Positions 61,262-64,000 of a stretch of 64,000 nucleotides of DNA are shown here, one piece after another. Within the stretch, counting starts at the first letter, position 1. Each line of letters begins with the position of its first letter. Origin of the DNA: Felis catus (Eukaryota); contig NC_058383.1 in assembly GCF_018350175.1 (NCBI RefSeq), forward strand, positions 3,038,001 to 3,102,000, given 5' to 3'. The position numbers were made by a program, and so were the translations under genes. Under the pieces are notes generated by a model. It did no database searches. It was not told the DNA's origin and saw only the letters and a list, made by a program, of their open reading frames with translations.

Positions 61262-63336
61262 TAAAAAAATTTTTTTAAATAAAAAAAATGTTAGTAAAAA
61301 TTCTAATTACCTTAGAAAATGGGAACCTGCTTTCCTTTTTCCTTATTTTGGTAAGAGTTGCTTGTGTGTCCAACTTTATATTGCTTCCACTGATAGCAAT
61401 GTCTCTTCAGGTCGGTGAAACAAAGAACAGGGATCAATTTTTCATTCTTTTAGAAACCTGTTAGGTTGAACACAAGGCAGCTGAGATGGACTCCGGCAAA
61501 ATATTCTGGAGAGTTCTAGCATTGAGCCCAGCATGGCTGGGCCAGTTTGGGAAGAATGCTGGGGAAGAGGAGGTGTGAGGGAGCATGAGGGGATCAAATT
61601 AAGCTTCTCCAACACTGGAGCTTCCCTTCACGTCCATGGGGGCACGGCCCACGGTGGTCGCCGTCTGGCAATTCGTTTTTGACTTGTGGTCTAGGTGTCG
61701 GCATTTATTCGAGAAGTATGAAAGGAGGTAGAGTGAAATAACAAGTCTTAACTTGATAAGCTTTTCTTGTTTTACTTGCAGATTCTTGCCAAAGACTCTT
61801 GAATTCCTGGTGAGCTAATGATGTAAAGATGCTAAGTAGGTTTTAATTTGGTGTCACATCAAACAAATGGCCTGCGAAGCTATTGATGAATCTCCAATGT
61901 CAGTAGAATAATATGCCGGTGATCCCTTTTTTAGGAGATGAGATGAGATGAGGCTGATTAGGGATATTTACACATTTGTAAGGCCCTTCAAGTTTCATAT
62001 TTTCTACCTCATCATCACCCCCGTATTTATTAAGTACCTGCTGTGCAGGACATCATAAATCAGCATGTGTGTGGTTTTCTCTGCGAGTTTATACATCATT
62101 CTGAGATAGAAAGTTCGGCTTTGCATGGCAGTTGGAAGGGCATTTCTGCAGGGCCCCTGTCTGGATGGTTGGCAGACAAAAGTCAGATGGTGTTAGATCT
62201 GTTCTGTGCCACCAAAGGTGTCATTTAAAAACAAATGTTTGGCTCAAAGCGTTTCACTCATATTGAAACAGGTCAAGCTTCTGTACCTGCTGTAACCTGA
62301 TTATCTGTGGTCCGTTCCACCACATGGGTTTGGGGGGGGAGGGGAAGGTGGTCCTTGGCCACAGGGAGGAGGAGCCTGGTCTCGCCAACCCCACCCCCTT
62401 ATTGTTAACATTACCGCGGGATCTTCAAAATGTGAGCTTCCGGCTTACAGTTTAATTTTTTTTGCTTTTAAGGGAAACAACAATTCTAATGATAATTCCT
62501 GACTTGAAAAGTTTGTTGGATGGCCTAGTAACAATTTTAACAGCGGTCGTTAATTATTGGATACCTCCTCGAAACACGTCTTCCCTGATCCTCACCATTG
62601 CCGTCAGCTGTGCTTGGAGCTCGCAGACTGCAGACGGGATGCTCGATGGCCCTCCCAAGGGCACACACCTGACTGGTGGCCCTCTGGCTTCTGCGCCAGG
62701 CCTGTCTAGGCTGATCCTTCTTTTCACTTTGTCTTGCCAAACCCTCTTTGTGTTTTTGAAGTATTTTTTGCATATGCTACTTTTGTTCCTATTTCTCCCT
62801 TTTAGAATGTCAGCCTTCAGTGTGAAACACTATAGGTCGGCATGAGCCACAGGCCCACACAAACTCTCGTGCCCACGTAGCCCTGAGCGTGCCTGTGAGG
62901 GTGTTATTTATATGTATTCCCTTGTGTTGGGGCTGTAAGTCGCTAACTTCAGAAATTTTTGACAAAAGACAAGGCAAACATGGTTTTCCAATTAAGGTAC
63001 GGGCTTTACAACATTACGAGGCCTAGCGGGGGATGATGGGGTGGAAATGAGGTCTGTGTAGCCCTGGGTGAGGGGCAGCGGGAGACGGAGGGCCGCTGCC
63101 GTGTGCCGAGCCCAGCACCCTGTCACCAGCAGCCTCTCTGCTCCTGCACCGCGTACTTGTTGAGTGAGGAGGCTGCCGTCGTGTAGCAAAAGGAGCGGCA
63201 AAACTTCATCACCATCCCGGAAAAGGAGCTGAAGTGAGTGTCCCGGAGGTGGACGTGAGCTGCTTCGCATTCACAGGGAACGAGGCCAAATGAAAAACTC
63301 ACACAGTTCTGATGGCAGTTCGGGCTTTTTCTCCCG

Positions 63337-64000
63337 ATTCATTCACCGAATATGTCCCGAGGACATACTACCTGCCAGACACCGTTCCAGGCACCGGCTG
63401 TGCCGCAGGAAACCAAAGAAACGCCCTGTCCTGAGGGAGCCCGTCTCCAAGTGGAAGGAGACGTGATAGGCCAGCTGGTGATAACAGAGAGGAGAAAATA
63501 AAGCCGAGCGTGCAGTGGGGAGAGGGGTTCCGGTGGGTTGCTGTTGTAGATGTGCGTTCAGAGAAGCCCTCTCTGATAATAACCGGAGACCTTGGAGCAG
63601 AGACCGGAAGGAGTCAGGGAGGAGGCCTGGGAGTAAATCAGGGAGAGGAGCAGGTGAGGGAGCAGAATGGCCGGTGCGTTGGAGGCGTGGCCCGGGTGGC
63701 CTCAGGGAGAGGGCTGGAGGTGAGCTTTTGGAAGTGGCTGAGCCTGAGTCCTAGAAACAGTTGTCTTAGCCAGAGTGAGGATCTTGGCGTTTGCTCTGAG
63801 GATCTGAGCGGAGCAGCCATGCACTCTTCGTTGTGACCCTTCTGTTAAGAATTATGTTCAGAATAGGGCAGTTCTGGGGCAGCAGAATCAGAGACCAGGA
63901 GGCCTGTTAGGGGTTTGCTGCAATGGTTGAGGTGGCTCAGATCGAGTGGTGTTGTAAGTGTCAGATGCTGGTCTCTTCTGAACATAGAATCGATAGGATC
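63337..64000 (-). mobile_element. L2 3' region
   Basis: attcattcaccgaatat...tactacctgccagacaccgttccaggcac; gagaagccctctctgat; gagaccaggaggcctgttagg. Confidence 0.78.

Noticed and set aside
1..64000. CRISPR arrays, operons or other prokaryotic/viral systems
   Set aside because: No regularly spaced repeat-spacer array or dense coding structure; the window is mammalian intronic DNA.

Overview
Mammalian genomic DNA, almost certainly from a felid: it has abundant feline-type CanSINE (SINEC_Fc-like) elements and feline-type L1 3' ends. The window lies inside SDK1 (sidekick cell adhesion molecule 1) on the + strand. Three internal coding exons (46034-46193, 57188-57294, 59497-59644; probably exons 2-4) have canonical AG/GT boundaries and compatible phases, and encode Ig domain 1 and the first part of Ig domain 2. 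The rest is intron dominated by transposable elements (CanSINEs, MIR, L1, L2, ERV/MaLR LTRs, Tigger, Charlie, MER5) and microsatellites. Nearly all entries in the ORF track are spurious or TE-derived. I found no convincing new biological system. The most interesting leads, all hypotheses, are: a 123-codon +1-frame ORF overlapping all three exons; stop-free back-splice circles flanked by inverted SINEs; a sense LTR lacking its poly(A) region next to a strong donor site; candidate poison micro-exons; an AG|GTAAG recursive-type site; and two nested tail-to-tail SINE hairpins. Repeat family names come from recognising consensus motifs by eye, not from a database search, and boundaries of old repeats are approximate.
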